The notes beneath the pieces were generated by a model. It was not told the DNA's origin, did not search any database, and saw nothing but the letters and a program-made list of their open reading frames with translations. A program made the position numbers and the translations under genes. 64,000 nt of DNA from Styela clava (taxonomy: Eukaryota): contig NC_135252.1 in NCBI RefSeq assembly GCF_964204865.1, positions 14,818,001-14,882,000 on the forward strand, written 5' to 3'. This document shows positions 1-14,400 of the stretch, piece after piece (positions within the stretch are counted from its first letter, which is position 1; the number at the start of each line of letters is the position of its first letter).

Positions 1-2497
1 TATCTTTGGTTCAAGCATTCATTTATGTACAATCGATCGTACTCAGTAGATATAATAGATGTACATTTTGGAAACATTACTGTTTCATGCTTAGCAAAAT
101 TTTAATTATGTTCGTTCCCTCTTGATTGTGATTGTAGAGTTGTTACTCAACGGACAACTCTTAAAGCACCATTCGACTGTGGGCCGTTGATGAAGCTTAT
201 CTTTCTTTTTTATACTCCAAAACTAACAAACGAATGTAATTAACTTTAAACGCTCTGAGTGTTGCAATCTATATAAAAAATAATTATGGTTTTGCTTGAC
301 TGTCATATATGAATGTAATTTCATCACAAACATTTTTGTATATGTCCATAAAGTTTGGTATTTGAACTTGAATATAGAATACATAATATTCATTTTGTAC
401 CCCAACCTTAAATAAGACGTCTGTCGTACAATGCGTCCGTCTTCTTTCAAAGATATTTACAATTCAATGGAGCTATATATCTTCATCTGATAATTTAGAT
501 AAAACAGAGGCATTGGTACGCATTATTCTATGTTTTTCCTTTTCATAATTTCCCTTTTTCATAGGATTTTTAAAATAGGTTTTAGAACTCTGGACTAAAA
601 CTGCAGAACAGGGTCACTAAATACAGAGTATGCTTATTTTTCCTCTTCGAATTTTTATTTCAAATAATCCCACAGAACTATGCAAAGTCGAGAAAACGAT
701 ACTCAATTTTGAATGCACACGAGTCAAACATCTATATTCAATGATTACAACTAGAAAATAAGCAAGAGTGAGGGCACTTTTCCACGTTTTATATAACCAA
801 CTTCATCAAACGATACAAATACCAATGAGAGCAACATTCTAGAAACCACTCAAGATTTTATATGGCTAAGAAAACTCACATTGTTCACGAAAATATGTAA
901 TTTGTTTATGAATACATTAACTCCGAATATCCAGAAAAACACTTGAAGGTGAAAATACTAAAATTACTAAACAACCCTTTCTGTTTCCTATTTTGCATTC
1001 AACTACTTTTCCAGAAGCTCGTTTAATTGTTTTGAGATTAGCATTGCAGAATAAGAGAACAGAATAAACGCAATTTGTGCAGAACGTGTGGCACGAATTG
1101 TCCGCGTGTAGTATTATTTAATTAGGCTACTTTCAAATCTCGGCTTATACCTTGTATTAAGCAACGGGATAAGCCGAAATATATGACGACATCAGTTATC
1201 CAATTATAGCGCCCATTAGATGCGGTAATTCAAAGAACAAATCACATCAAAACAATACGGAAAATTCATTGATAAAACGTGTTATGGAAAATCAAATTTC
1301 CAGATTTTGATTTTTTGGTTTCTAGCGTTAAATGTTATTCATATTCATATATTTTTTGAAAAGAAAATCAAGAATCATTTATGAAAGTTTGCTTGTAGCG
1401 AATCCATACACGATTGTTCTGTAGTAAAGTAACCTGCTAGCTTGATGAAGAATTGTAAGTGCAGGCTTATACCAGCTAGCTTGATGAAGTTCAAGTATAT
1501 TCCAAGAAAACGAATCAATGGCCACTAAATCCACAAAACTGAAATTCTCGCAAAATCGTCGTATAATTAAAGTTTATTTTGCAGAATAAATACTCGTAAT
1601 AAAACAATGACTCCTATATTAAGTACTATATTAAATGGGAGGGTTTTGGATTATCCAATTACGTTATTGTTTGCTCACAGTTTGTGAAATAGATTGGACT
1701 CTTGGGACCTTGTTTATTCATCCAGTATTATAACAAAATATTGCCATATGAGATTTGACGTTTTGTTTTCATTTGAGTGTTTTACTGATGCAAACCAGGC
1801 AGATTCACTACTACTTAATTATTTGCAACATCTCATATTTTTATGTTGATATCCGATCATAAGATCCCAGTGGCCTACATAATAAGTCACAAAGTAAGAT
1901 GCCATATGTGCGGACATAGCTCCAACTTTTTTTTGATGGGACAGTTACAATTAGCTAAAACTATTAAAAATTTATTTCTAGTAAACTTCTAGCTTACTTC
2001 GGTTACAACTGTTCATGAACTGAAAAGCGATTCAGTTATTTGTTGGCCATTGAATTCGATTTCTAAAAGAACTGAGTATGATTTTGAGAACCCCTAATTA
2101 GAGACAAATATACCATTGTCTAGTAATCTAGTTGTCTATTCTCATTTCGGTGACTACTGAAGAATCCTGTGGTTTAAGACTTCATTTAGCCCATATGGTA
2201 TGGACTTATCAATCGCAAACTTTACAATTCTCGGGCACTATAATTACTCATAACAACCAGACCGAAGTTTAAGCGAAACAATTATTACTGCACAATTCAA
2301 TGATAGCAGAGGACCTTCAACGTCATCCTGTGAAATATTTTTGTTATATTTTCGTCTGAGAAAAATTCATAACCAACATTAATCTCGACATATTATCAAA
2401 TCTTGTAAAAGTTGTGGACGATTTCAAAACACCATGGCGTTGTATCACTCGCCAAACATTTTCGGGATCATTCACATGTAACATTCACAATATTAAC

Positions 2498-5400
2498 CTA
2501 GCCATACATTTTTTGAACCATCTCACTTATCAGTGCTATACTTTCTTCACACTTATCTAGTCTCTCATTGAAATCTTTTAAGCGTGAAATTCTTTCCGAT
2601 CTGAATTTCAGTAATACGAGTAAAATTTCTTTAATCTCAAGCGGTAGTTCCATGTTCATCCAGTATCCTTCTTCTAAACTGAAATTTATATCCGGAAGTG
2701 GGCGTACTTCCGTGGTACCGTCGTCATTAAACCAAATGTCATAAACAGATGCAGAAATGATAATCCCAGGCCCTTTGCCACACTTTGCATTAAAATTTGC
2801 TTGATCTTTATAGTGCTCTTCCAAAGGCAAAGATAGAGGTATTAGTTTAACCACGTTCTCACGTTTTGCAAACAATTTTGGTGAGGGTTTTGTCTTCTCC
2901 CGTGATTTCTTTAAAATTCCCTTCACCTCAATCGTGGATTCCTCCTAAAATGCAGAACATTTTGCAATGAAAGGATTCATACTCCATCTACTGTGTATTA
3001 TTATAATATAACGATATATATTCCAAACCTCACCTCATCGGTACATGTATTGGTATCATCATCAACTTCCAAGTCAATGATGTCTTCTTCATTCGGTGAT
3101 TGGTTCTTGTTTGTTGATTTTTTTCTGTCCTAAAATATTTTAAATACAAGTATAAATATTATTTTAGATGAAATAAAAAAAAGTATTACATGATAAAATT
3201 TTCTGATTTTTAATCGCGTTGTACCCCCCAAAGTAATAAAAAAAAAGTGTTCATAAAAACTTTCACCTAATATTTCACTTATTTATTTCTTAGTGGTTTG
3301 AATATTATGATATTCTCCATGCTATAGTATATATGAAACGTTAGTCAAATGGTAAAAATTATTTAAATTCGTGATATTTCTACAAAATTTTTTATTGAGA
3401 CATTTACGCATCGATATACCCTTGTTTTTATCAGCCAAGTTTTGTATCTTCTATCCTTTTTTGCTGTTTCTTCATCTTCTTGCACCTTCTTTTGCCAATG
3501 AACTGATTTAACGGTTGAGAATTGGAGCTGAAATAAGGTATTGGCGCATGATTTAATGTACGCATGGAGTGGAGTGCAATAGACTTATAAAGTTGGTAAA
3601 GTTTAGAATTAAATCGCGATATGAAAAACTCGAGTCAGAAGTGTAGCGTGTTAGGTAAAAACAAAAATTAAGATGAATGACTGATTAAATTGAAACATTG
3701 GTGGAAGCTCAGATATCAAGATTCTTAAACGGATCATTGGTCTATGACTATGTAACTTTATTATTATTAAGTGGATGGTAAGCATCAAATAATTGTTGAA
3801 AAAGGGGGGTCAATTATCCAAAAAGAAGACGATCTGAAGAGTACGTCATCATATTTATGCCACAATGTGGGAGTATTTTAAAATTAATAATACCTTTTTT
3901 GTTAGATCGAAAGATAACTGAAAAGTTCGAAATAAAGTTCGTTGTATATCCGTGTACAGCTTCATCGCATCAAGTACTTCTTCTCCGCGAATTATTTCTA
4001 AGTCGACATAAGTCAAAGCATGAACGGCACATTCGCTAACGTTAACACCTTTTCTTCGTTTTGATTCGGGACCCCAAAATGTTGTTCCAAAGCTGTCGCA
4101 AGATTCTGTTATTGTAAAATGAAAAACCTGTAATTTTCACATAATAAAGAAGGCAGTTTTGTGGGTTTTCTTTGCTCTTTTTTTGATTGTATTCAAAAAT
4201 GATCACAACCAATGATTTTATCACAACCAATCGATCTATTATATATACTTTCTACGTTTTTCAAAATCTGCTAATCAGTGTTCACTATTAGCGCACTTTT
4301 TTGCGAAAATTGCGAAGCACTTTCGCAACTTTTTTTAGGGACTGCGAAATAGCACTTTTTTCCGATTTTGAAGAGAAATAGCACTTTTTTCCGATTTTGA
4401 ATGGAATAAAAATTCAAAGTTAACAAATATTTTCGAGTATTAAGTTGACAAATAAGTAACATACTAGTACTTTTGTAACTCAGTTCTGCATATCATAACG
4501 ATATTCACCGGAATTCTAACCTATGAGATGCAGACATAGCTTTTGCATTAACCGCAAAATTCTTGTTTATAATATGATTATTATACAAGCACAGCCGATT
4601 CCGCTTCTCCCGCAAAAAACGCTCCAAAATGACTATAAAAGTGTTAGTAACCTGTTATAGTCACTTTGGATGAATTGTGACCAAACTGCACGATTTTCAA
4701 ATCAGAGGAAACTTTTAGCAGCATGTCACAGATTTGCAAAATCAACAAATTCACAAAATACCATTAAGTGCCATTTTATTGTAATCACAATGTTGAAAGA
4801 ACGTGGCATTTTCCGGAATTTTGCGATATTTACACAACTATTTCTCATTGATATGCGAGGACGGGTGGGCAAAATTCAATATTTTTTTGAATCGAATATT
4901 TTTAAGGAGTACCAAATAAACAAGGTGAAAACATTAAAAAATCGGCAACAAAGCCTTTTTACTGGTTAATTCCGTTGTAATCGCTAATTGTTCTTGTCAC
5001 CGATCGTTTTGGCGGCGATATCCAGGTTTTGGGTAATCTATATTCCCGCCCTCTCTTTTTTACAAATATGAATTCTTGTGGGTCGGCGGACATCGAAGTT
5101 TTATATTTCGGGTTTACCCGTTCGTTCACATCGGAAACAGGTGTTGAAGACATTGAGGACTCAAATTAACATTTGCGTTGGCTTTAATATTACCTATCAA
5201 GATTTGTAAATTTACCGTCCCGATTTTATGCGAATGGTAATATTATTGTCCATACCGTGAGGCAGATATTTATTAAGCCGATAATTAACTTTCTCACGTA
5301 TTTCTATGGTGATAAACTTCGCAAATCTGAAATTGTGCCAATCCTGAATATTGATTTGAAATAGTGATCGAATAATTCGGCTATAAAGGCATTTCTGCGT

Positions 5401-8400
5401 GGTCATAAGACGAGATGACGTTAATGAACAGCACTTCTTTTACAGTATATTTTACGTATGCGACTTAATGCTGAAAAGATTGGGCTCGAGTGCCTAATAG
5501 AGGTCAGGCGCTAATTGTAACTAATTCCCCCAAGTTTCAACGTGTTTTCAACGAAACAATACCCCGGCGACAATTATAGCTAAAATGTTACCGAGCAATT
5601 CACAATTTTATTTATGGAATTTGCAAATTCACCAGTTTCTTGACGATTTTGATATTGTCACGCCCTAATTATTAGTGCAAAAAATACTCCCCTTATTCCG
5701 CGGCGGTTTGACGGGTTTTTTGTTCCATTCTTCAGAAAGTTCTGACACCGGGATATAAAATACTGAATCCGGAGGGTTGAATCCCTGTCCACTCACTGGT
5801 GATTTTCCGTTTTGAAATGCGTGAAACATTCTGTATTTAAAATTAAATGACGTTTCGCGGGCTAGAGTTCTCCCCGAAAATGATGTGTTCCAGACGTTAG
5901 TTAGACGATAGATAAAACATTAGATTAATAATGACGCCCCGTTTTCGAAAATACAAAGTTATATCGCAAAAATGTGTTATGATATATTTGGAATGAAACA
6001 TTATTTACGGTTAATTCAGATCATATTTTACTCTCCATGACACCCGGTATCCGAAAATACAGTTGTATCTCGAAAAATGTGTTTTGTTACATTTAAAATA
6101 AAACATTTTTGCGATTAATTTAGATCATATTTTACTTTTCACTACACCAGTTTCCGAAAATACAAGGTTATATTGCGAAAATGTGTTTTGTTACATTTAA
6201 AGTAAAACATTTTTGCGATTAATTTAGATCAAATTTTACCTTTCACGGCAACCCGTTTCAAAAAATACAAAGTTATATCACAAAAAAATGCGTTTTGTTT
6301 CATTTATTTTGCATTCCAATAAAATACATATTTCCCCTAATTAAGGTCGTCGATGAATCTGTTCCTGCCGTTCAAGCTCGACACACGTTTGGACGAGTGT
6401 GGGGCGTTTTTTGGTCGACGATAAATTAAAAAGTTGCCACATGTTATTTGTATAACGATAATAACTGAAAATTAAGATTTTATAATAGAAGTGAATTTGT
6501 CTCAAGATGGTATTTTACGATTCCTGCCCACAGAAAATAAACACGCTGACAGGCTTGGTTATAATTGATATTCGTTTAATTTATTTTACACTATTATTAA
6601 ACGCGCCACACCAATTGCGACCATATAAATTGCAGTCGCATCGGTATGGACTGTATGTTTTTGGCGCTCTCACATTAATAATAATTTTCAACAAAACAAT
6701 ACCCCGACGGTCATTAAAGCTGAATTCGTTACCGAATAATCCCCATTTTTATTTACGGAATTTGCAATTTCAAGATCTCACTTGACGATTTTGATGATGT
6801 CATGCCCTAATTTTTACTGCTTAAATGCCTCAAAATACAACAAATGTAATCATTTTCGACGATAACAGGCGCAACAATTCGTAAACGAGCCGTTATAACG
6901 AAATTCGCGATTGATTTTACCTCTCTCTTGTTTACAATTTTAACATCCTGCCGGCCATGTATGGTCGAATAAAATGTTCACATATTCGAAACATGACTTG
7001 GCCAAGGATGGAAGGGATCACACTAAAGTGCTAATAGAAAGTACATACGCGAGGGTATGATATTAATATCGAGAATATTTGTGAGCATATCACAGGACGG
7101 AAATATTTTGCACCCGGCTGTTTGTTGGCAGAACAACGATACGCTAAAGTCAATTGAAGTATTTATTTATTATTTCACTTGCGAACATCGAGGTTTTGGC
7201 GGAATTGTACGATCATGTTGTCTTTCTTAAATAATAACTTTTTCAATAAATGTTCATTTTACTTTTGCGTCTTTATTATATGTCGGGTTTTCATTTATTT
7301 TAAATTCGAAATTGTCCGAAATACTCCAACAGGTGTTTAGGTACAATAATAATAGTACTTACCAAAGTACTTACCAGGGAAGTTTAATACACACGATGTG
7401 TAAAGGGCGTCGTAACTCCCGTTTATTAATTATAAATTTTTTTACATTTTGCCCAAAAAACAACGGCAGTCATCTCACGTAACTCTCGCGACCAAATCTT
7501 TTTTGTTTTGTATGGCATGTCTTGGCGACGAATTTATTGCCGACTGAATTTTAATTGTGTTTTAGGATAAGTTATTTTCTGTTTGTTGGTTTCTAAACTT
7601 TACAAACTTGGGTAGCAATTACTATTAATGTGAGATTTGTGCATATGAACGATTGAATATCGTGACTGGATGTCTATGGTGGCCCATCGTTGTCACGCGT
7701 AAAATTGAAAATAAAAAATAAAATAAAAAACCAAAAATAAAAAAATTGTTGTGAAAANNNNNNNNNNNNNNNNNNNNNNNNNNNNNNNNNNNNNNNNNNN
7801 NNNNNNNNNNNNNNNNNNNNNNNNNNNNNNNNNNNNNNNNNNNNNNNNNNNNNNNNNNNNNNNNNNNNNNNNNNNNNNNNNNNNNNNNNNNNNNNNNAAG
7901 GTTGACAACGATGGTCCGCCTCGTGGCCCATCGTTGTCACGCGTTTTTATTTTTAGAAAATTTGCTTCTGCTTGGGACCAACGTTGTCAGGCATAATCCT
8001 ACGCGCACAATGTTCTATAAATTCTCCATGCTACAAGTTCAACAAGAAGTAATATATTTATAATAATGATAAGAGAATATAGAATTGAATACGAAAATTC
8101 GGAAAATTTGTTTTTACGTGTATAAGGTAATTTAATTGGAGAATGCTGCTTAACTACTCAGTTGGACAGACTGGACATTCGCGATGCCGGTACCGTACCG
8201 TCTTACCAAATACCGGTAGTCGGTTATAGTCGCTTTGCGTCTAACCGTACCGCTAGCCATACAATCACTCATGAAAGAATGGGAGATACGGATAGTCTCG
8301 TAGAATATAGACTACTGAAACACTCTCTGCGCCTGCCCCATACCGTACAGTCGTAACGTACCGATCCAGACAAATGATAAGTCGCCTGTGCTCAACCATT

Positions 8401-11400
8401 TATTTCAATCCATACCTCGATCCTAGTAGAATATAGTGAGTCGAGGTATGGATTGAAATAAATGGTTGAGCACGGGCGATTTATCATTTGTCTGGATCGG
8501 TACGTTACGGCTGTACGGTATGGGGCAGGCGCAGAGAGTGTTTCAGTAGACTATATTCTACGAGACTATCCGTATCTCCCATTCTTTCACGAGTGATTGC
8601 ATGGGTACCGGTACGGTCAGACGGTACCGTACCGGCATCGCACGAGTGTCTGAGCAGTTAAGCAGCATTTTCCAAGTAAATTACCTTCTACACGTAAAAA
8701 AAAATTTCGTATCCAATTCTATATTCTCTTATCCTTATTATAAATATATTGCTTGTGGTTGAACTTGTACCATGGAGAATTTATAGAACATTTTCATGTT
8801 GAATTTATTGGATATTGCTCATGAAAATCAGTAGTGAGTTAGAAACCCAGGAAACACATTTGTGCGTGTAGGATTAAGCCTGACAACGTTGGTCCCAAGC
8901 AGCATCAAATTTTCCAAAAATAAAAACGCGTGACAACGATGGGCCACGAGGCGGTCAGCAGCATTACAAAGAGTGCTATTTATGAATGCTGAAAGTACAT
9001 GACATTACTAAACATTTTGCCAATATATGATGTTTTCTGCTCGATTCAAACTAACTCCCACGCAAACCAAGGCATGTTGACATTTAAAAATTACTTGTCT
9101 TTGGGTAAGCTCTGAAATAGTATAATATAAATGTAAATGAGAAATTAGGTCACGCTAGCTCACGAAACGGGAAGATTTTCAAAGTGATCTTGTGTAATAT
9201 TTGGGAGAAAAAAGTTTGAAAAGAAAGTAGGTCGACCTATCTCCAAAAACAAGGGAGTATCCTGCTTACTATTTCGGAGGGAACGTAGGTTAACCTATCT
9301 TTTAAAACAGCGGGTGGCGGCGACTTTCAAAGTGGTTCAAAATCACAAATTAATAATTATCAGATTAAGTTTAGGGATAAATCGAAAAGTTAAATTTCCA
9401 GCGCACCTCACCCTAATTAGTTGATTGCTATTTATATTTGGGGGGGGGGGGGGTATTTTGCACGGGATTTGTATAAACGATCCACCCTGTAACTAATATG
9501 GTTTCCAGCCTGCCTCGTGTCTGTTAGATGGAAGGAGTAACAAATGTGAAAGTCTTTGCTGTTTACGCGAGTAAGCAACTGACACCGTGATACATTGCAT
9601 GAAAGTTTTGTCCGCTGCAGGTGTTAGCAGATGTCATTTTGTTGCCGATTCGCTTGTTTTAATTAAACATGAATTCGCCTGAAGGAAACTCAGTTAACGA
9701 AAAGGCTTCTCTTTAATTCATAATATTAACCGGAGGAGCGCTTTTTCGAGTATCTATGCCGTTTTAAATGGGTTATATGAAAGGTTAGGGCACCTAACTT
9801 GTTAAAATCGGCAAAAGCACTTTCGCACTTTTTTTTTCGACTGCGAAGCACTTTCGCACTCATAATTTGCTTAGAGTTAACACTGCTGCTAATGCTACTA
9901 ACCAACAAGACTGACAATTTGGTCATCTTGAATAATTTCCAGTGATCCTGATATAACAAAATATATGTATTCAATCTCCTCTCCCTTGTCAATGAGTAAA
10001 TCTCCAGGTGCAATATGGATTCTTTCCATTCTCGATGCGATATGTCTTGAACTAGTTTCAGACAAAACCTTGAACGCTGGTTGCGTTGTCATAACATGTC
10101 GGTGCAAATATACGCTGGCGTCGAGACGCATGTGCTCTGGTAGCCAGTCCAACACCTAGTTTTGGAGTAAGAAAAATAAAAGCACATGTTGACAACAAAC
10201 AATGCTCAATTATATATTTATAGAGTTCAAATGACTATAGTGAGATATGAAAATTGTCCAGTTAGCAACAACGTAGTAAGGAGATCTAAAGGATTTGTAG
10301 CCACTGTTAAGCTACTGAAATTTTAAAATTATGCTTCTGCTTACTCTCATGCTTTACTCCTAATCATATATCTTACTTATATATATTCGTTATTCTAACA
10401 TATCACTCCTATCTATATAAGACCAAAGATTTAAGCAACGTGAAATAGTACAAAATTATAGACATATATATTTCGAAAATTAGAGAGGTACTCCATCGCA
10501 CCTTTTTTTCACTTATTCCGTGCGTGGCTTTCCATGTAAAATACGCATAATCGTGCATTGAATCTTGCAAATGTTTTGGAAGTTGAAACAACTCCGAAAA
10601 TTTTACAATGGATGACATCGTCTCATTCAACTGCTCTTTTGTCGCACCAATGTTTTCCATAGCTGTTGTTACGTTACCAAGAATAGTTGCATATAAAAGG
10701 CCTGGTTAAAAAAGGTAAAATTTTGTTGTGAGGAAACAGTTTCATCAAAACAATACGGCCCCTTTTCGTGGTAAAATTGTGCATTTAGCACCAGAGAAAA
10801 TTTCAATTGAATAGAGTATAACAATCTGTAAATCGACACAAGTCTCCAAATTGACTTAAATTCGAATCTCAACTTTGAGTTGAAATGAAGTGATACTCAT
10901 AAAAGCCCACTCCAAAGACTATTTACATTCTATGTAAACAATAATCTCGACTCCAATTCCCGATCTCGAAGCATCTGAAATAAGTACCGACTTTGAGAAG
11001 ATGACTTTGAAACATTGACTTTCAGCAATGGAGAAGTTCTAAAATCTGGAACTAGGACATTAATATTGGGCACGCAATACTGTGAAAAAATCCTGTGTTT
11101 GAGATTGCTACTTTTACTATCCGCCAGATGATGCTATCGTACCGTATCATGGAACGTGAAAAGGACTGGATTCCCTGACTGACGTCACTCACGAATCGTG
11201 TGCCTGTGGCATATTTTGTAGCAATTATACATGACTTACATCCTACTAATAGAATGAATATGCAGAAAATCTGTTCGTTGTGCGTTTCTCCATATATGTT
11301 ACCAAATCCCTGAGAAATCACGGCCGTCATTGTGAAATATAGACATGATGAGTAAATACTTTGAAGTGGTGGACCTCCTGCTAACACATCTGAAATTCAA

Positions 11401-14400
11401 AATTATTTTAGGATAACAATGATCGCGCGTTGTGATAAATATTTATATATATAAAGTGGTAAAGATGATAAATAAGATTTTAACAAATGTGACACAAGGG
11501 GACACCCTATGTTATCTGTGTCGTATAGTGACAGTCACTGAGACCCGTGTATTTATAGGTAAGTAGGTGGTGCAGACGTCGCACTGGATATCTTGTCTAG
11601 CCAATGATGATGAAGAAGAATTCGATGAATAAGCTCGTTAAATCACGAATATTATTTATTAGTTTTATATTACCCTGCGACGAATCCCAATAATATTCAT
11701 TTTTCATTTGTTCTCCAAGTCGTACTAGCCAATTTTTAGGAACTTTCGGTCTAACCGGTGCTTGAGTTTTTTGTTTCTCAGCCCACGCCGTTGTTAAATT
11801 CTCAGCAATGTCTCTGTTCTGATTTCGTAACGGTGGTTCAACCGCTAATTCTGTTTCAATAAATATACCATTTCTATCTTTAAATATGTCATTCCAATTG
11901 AACAAGTTTCGGCTTTGATCATTTTCGATATGATTTAATCTTGGGTTAGGTGTTGTTGATAAAAGGACTAGCTCTCTCTGAGTTGTTAATCCCGGTTGCG
12001 TCGCTGTAATAGTAGACTGTGTAGCATCGATACTTTTTATATAATTCGCTGCATCTATAAGAGCGATATTGTACCATCCACAACCCATCCAATGACAGAG
12101 CAATAGGATAAGGCTCATCTGTAGAAATGATATATACACGTTCAATTCAATAATTCCAACATTGAAAAACATAACTTGTGGAATGTTACAAAAATTAAAC
12201 CATGCGGTACGTTATAAATATTTTTAGCTACAGTCAAATGAAGATAGAGGGCGCTGATGGTGCATATAAAAGGGAAAATCATCATATTAAAATGAACAAC
12301 ACAATGTTCAATCGCTCGTTTTCACGAAACTACCATTTGAGCGAAAGTACTGAATACATAAAATGTGAAATGTGATAGAAAATGCACTTGAAAATTTTCT
12401 TGACGTGAAAATTAGGATGAATTACATCATTACTAAAATTGATGCGCAAACAATCAATAACAGTTTATAAACAATCAAAATAAACCTGTTATTCTGGTAT
12501 TGTTGGTAAATCTAATCTCATTAACAAATACGTGACGAAGCATGAGTTATTCTAGTAATTATTAGGTTTTATTTGATTTTATCACCTTGTGTATCCATAT
12601 TAGGAATCTGCCGTCAGCAATTTATTACAATTATAGTGTTTGTGCAAAGATACTACATTTAAACTATATTGGATATTTACTCGAGTATATAAACAAAATC
12701 GTTTGTATTGTAATAAATAAATTATTGCTATTATAAGGAATTTAACTTATTACCAGTACAATAAGCGATGCATATGCATGTGCCAGGTATCGGTCTAGAT
12801 CACGAGCAATACGAAACAATCGAAATAATCGGAAAACTTTCATTGCTCCCAATAATTGTGCATTTGCCTGGAAAATAAACAATAAATAAAATGATAGCAA
12901 TTTTTGAATTCTAAATTTAGGACTTATAAAACCCATTATGATATTTTGGGACGAAATTTGACACCTGATGAAAATATCTGACGAGTTACAAAATTGCTGA
13001 TTCACGTAACAATAGATAAATCAAACTTTTAATAAAATGTACGACAGATTACTCTATTGTTGTCATTATGATGTCAATAAAAAACGTTGATGGAATGATC
13101 CCCCGACCAAAGTTGGTCCATTGCTAAGTTAATTCAGGTTCTGTGTATTATTTATGGGTCATACTTTTTCTGATAATATCGATTTCTTAATTTTAGACGA
13201 GTAATTTGTAGTAGTTTATAGCATAATTTACCACGCCTTAGTACGTCAGCATTAGACAATTTATAGAATATATTATAGAATTAGTGAACGAATTCTAAAA
13301 AATTCCTGGGCTATCAAATTTCAAATTGCGACCAATTCTGGCTTATAAGTGTCTTTCTACGTTGTATCGAACTAGATACTCAATTATACTGACCTTCATA
13401 ACCACAGATATTTATAGCAATACCAGGTAAGTATAGTATTAGAGTTCTTATGAATATTTCCATGTAAGGGAAAATCCAATTGTCCATCAGAGAGTGGGAG
13501 TAATATCTCAATACGAGTTTGCTAAGTCTCAAATTTCATCTCCCCAATTTAACACCAAAATATATCCCAAGGAACGATCGTTCTATTTTTAAAACTGCCT
13601 ACATGTTATCGCCTGGTCAGTTTATTAAAAGAGACTTAATATTAGATTTAAAATTACGGGGTTTTTAGTTTAGTTGTAAAGAAATAAAATGAATGAAGGA
13701 ATGACCTGTTATTTTAGATGATGAGTCTGGTATACATATAATGATGACACATTATTGAAATTTTGATCTGTATTACAAAAGCTGTGATGTCTAAATATTG
13801 CGTTAGAACGTGTGACACAAAGAAGTTTGACAAATATAAATGGGCTTTGTTTTGCTATTCTCCTGACATTAATGTGATTCAGAATGACAAGTTTCAAACG
13901 CTCGAATAACTTACGTCTTTCTGTGAAGTTGAATTATTGTTCAATTATCGCGTTATATCAGAAATAATTATTTTAAAATGACAAATAAAAAAGATAATTT
14001 TTATCACCCCAATACACTTCATAGTACATATGAAAATTAACTTCTTCATTTGTTATGTTTTGCTCTGGGATATGGACATTGACGATTTAAGCATAACAAG
14101 CTATTTTGTGGACGAGATCTGTATTTTTTTTTAATTAGGTTTTCATGCACATAGTCATGTCCTACCTAATTTTTAACCACTATGTGTATGCATAGTCATA
14201 AGAACCAAAAAATGAGACTTAATTTGTTATTGCAGAAACGAATAAGATTAACAATTTGAAAAATATTTACTAATTTGTGGAATATCGTTCAAATAATCAA
14301 TTTTTTATATGAGACCGATTAGAAATCTCACAACAGTAAATTGGAAAGTTGAACAGATTGGTACGTTTGCAATATATAAATACACCTGCTTACCTCAATA

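Larger units (their letters stand above)
4276..9885. mobile_element. 5.6-kb non-autonomous hAT-superfamily DNA transposon in KCNH intron 9
   Basis: Imperfect TIRs: CAGTGTTCACTATTAG (4276) and the reverse complement of CAGTGTTAACTCTAAG (ending 9885). Perfect 8-bp TSD CTGCTAAT at 4268-4275 and 9886-9893. Subterminal GCACTTTCGCA/TGCGAA repeats at both ends. No long transposase ORF is visible; 140 bp are unsequenced. Confidence 0.85.

Noticed and set aside
1436-1490. 15-bp direct repeat GCTAGCTTGATGAAG
   Set aside because: Isolated local duplication with no associated structure.
2498-2926. 142-aa ORF as a stand-alone gene
   Set aside because: It has a GTG start and an in-frame acceptor at 2945; it is the last exon of the KCNH gene.
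5935-6310. Regularly spaced repeats as a CRISPR-like array
   Set aside because: The whole ~104-bp unit is repeated with no unique spacers, there are no cas genes, and the context is eukaryotic.
7674-7996. ORFs containing X runs
   Set aside because: Artefacts of the N gap.
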